Source: Cycas panzhihuaensis
Taxonomy: Eukaryota > Plantae > Cycadophyta
DNA: 64,000 nucleotides
Direction: 5' to 3'
Assembly: GCA_023213395.1 (NCBI GenBank)
Contig: CM041465.1
Coordinates: forward strand, 141,677,741 to 141,741,740
Shown: positions 62,135 through 64,000 of the stretch, piece after piece
Numbering within the stretch: position 1 is the stretch's first letter
Layout of the letters: each line of letters starts with the position of its first letter
Translations under genes and position numbers: made by a program
The notes under the pieces: model-generated
Told to the model about the DNA's origin: nothing
Seen by the model: only the letters and a program-made list of their open reading frames with translations
Databases searched by the model: none

Positions 62135-64000
62135 TGTAGCATTCCCCAATAAAAGGAAGTCTATTATTAGGAGGATTAAAGAAAGAATCATTTAATATAT
62201 TTCATTATGAAGTCAGTTTTTTAGAGAGAGAGTTATTTAAGAGAGAGAAATAAAGGCTATAAATAGGAAAGCCTTGATCATTTGTAAACAAATCTTTGAG
62301 AATTTATTATTACTTGGGATAATGGCCTCACACCATGAGGGCCTTATGCCTATTTGGAGGACTACTCTTGCCTCGAAGAGGGTTACTTCACTACTAGACA
62401 TTGTATTAGGTTCTATTGTTCTACTATTATTTATCACTTCAATTTCTATTGTTATTTTATCAATGCATGGATGTTATACTGCATGGATGGATGAACTATG
62501 TCTGTTGAATGATATTTTATGAAGAATTTTTACTGTAAATGTATGCTATCTACTGAAAAATATAATCTGTCTCTTGTTTGAGGTTTGGGCCTGCTACAAC
62601 TGGTATTAGAGCAAAGAGCATATTGCAAGGTAATCTATGGAAGGGGGAATGCTACAATTCCCCTCCCCTTAAACTAATACTTTGCCCTCAAAGTATTGGG
62701 AATTTCTTGTAGCTTGGTTTGGTCCTGTTTTGACCTGAGTTTGCAACCACCACCTACTAAATCCTATCTGTCATAAAGATTAGGTTCAATTTTGTGCCTT
62801 TTATGGAACTTTGCTAATAAGCATCTTGAATTCATTGATGCTTGTTCCTGGGGCCAGGTACATGTTGTATCTTGTCCTGTATTGAAGGGATCTTGGGACC
62901 TATGAGGTGCGTCAGATGCCTTATCCTAATCTTGCTTTGTGTTTGCACATTTTATCCTTAGAAGGAATGGCTTATAGAATGATAGGTGATTAGAATACCG
63001 AGAATTTTTGTGGGGAATGTTATGATGGAATTTGGAAAGTTGGTAAAAGAATTGATCATAAGGATATTGAATTGGTGATTGTTTAGTGAAAAAAGAAATG
63101 GAAGAAGTGGGATTTTGAATGGTGATCAACCACAACTTTGAAGGTATAGAAAGAAATGATGAACTTTGGATTTTGACTTGGATGAGAATTTGTGCAATGT
63201 TTGTTTGACCACAAGAATTCATTAGGGAAAAAGATGGATGAGGGATTTTTTATAGACGTCTTTTATGAAAAAAGGACTTTAATAGGGGTTTAGGAATGGT
63301 ATTTAGAGAAAATGATAGATTAATGAAAAAAATAATATTGGTAGTATGGAGATGATGGGGGTTGGGACGGACCAAATGGGGTTTTGTAGGGGGTAATCAT
63401 TGTACTATGTGATGAAACCTGACAAAATGACAATGTATGGTTTAGAATAGCTTGATGAGGGAAATTTCTATGGGGGGAAAGTGTGTAAAGATGACATTAA
63501 ACTAGGGTTGTATAAGGGAATTGGGATTTTTCCTACGATGAAGTGGGAGTTAAGGGATTTTGTGTTTTGGTTGGCTATGGAAAGGGGAGAAAAAAGTGCC
63601 TCTACTACTACTAAGTTTGGAAATCAGAGGACAACAAAAGCTTCCGAACAAAATGTGCATGTGCAGCACAGGATTGAGAGCTACCTTGAGTACCTTATTA
63701 GGTTTGCATGTGGCTCACTAAGTTTCTTCTTCAGATTCTTTTACATCCACTAGTTGTTCTCTCTCTTGCTCTTCCACATTTTCGTGTTGCTCTTGTGGAA
63801 CTTCTCCTTAGATATCTTCCTTGGTCTTAACTTGCCTTTCGCCAAATTCTTCTACTAGGTGATTAATTGTGCCTAGTGTGTGTCTTTTGCATAGTTATGT
63901 TGTTCGCTCTAAACTAGTTCTTGTTCATATTCCTATAAGGTCTCAGTGATCTCCTATATATTCGCTTGTTCTTCTTTTGCATTTGTCCCTTTGACTAGTT
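62135..64000. mobile_element. Element H: F/G-family LTR (62135-62598, + strand) with PBS, followed by a minus-strand interior
   Basis: TGTAGC...GCTACA LTR, PBS tggtattagagc 62601-62612, reversed LTR start gggggaatgctaca 62643-62656, reversed PPT, then an F/G-like interior running off the window. Confidence 0.75.

Overview
AT-rich, CpG-depleted land-plant nuclear DNA. A large-genome lineage such as a gymnosperm is inferred from the very long introns and old, nested LTR elements. About 90% of the window is LTR retrotransposon. The one host gene is a minus-strand DUF1350 alpha/beta-hydrolase-like gene resembling Arabidopsis At3g43540, with two coding exons at 28246-29042; its next exon lies beyond coordinate 1. 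That downstream intron holds a four-deep nest (Copia-2 < Gypsy-A < Gypsy-B < Gypsy-C), resolved by target-site duplications (TSDs), plus Copia-1. Upstream are two related RT-less non-chromovirus Gypsy elements, D (31196-39613) and E (50766-59569). Both have tRNA-Glu-type primer sites, up to four zinc knuckles and a shared extra 3' ORF resembling a plant mobile domain. E also carries two extra capsid-like repeats between protease and RT. Three copies of a small non-autonomous LTR family (F, G, H) are present. Other notable signals: a double-hairpin LTR motif shared across dissimilar LTR families, a CpG island inside element F that may be the host gene's promoter, stems enclosing the polypurine tract (PPT) in Copia elements, and an inverted LTR/PPT junction at 62.6 kb. 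All assignments were made by eye; no database searches were run.
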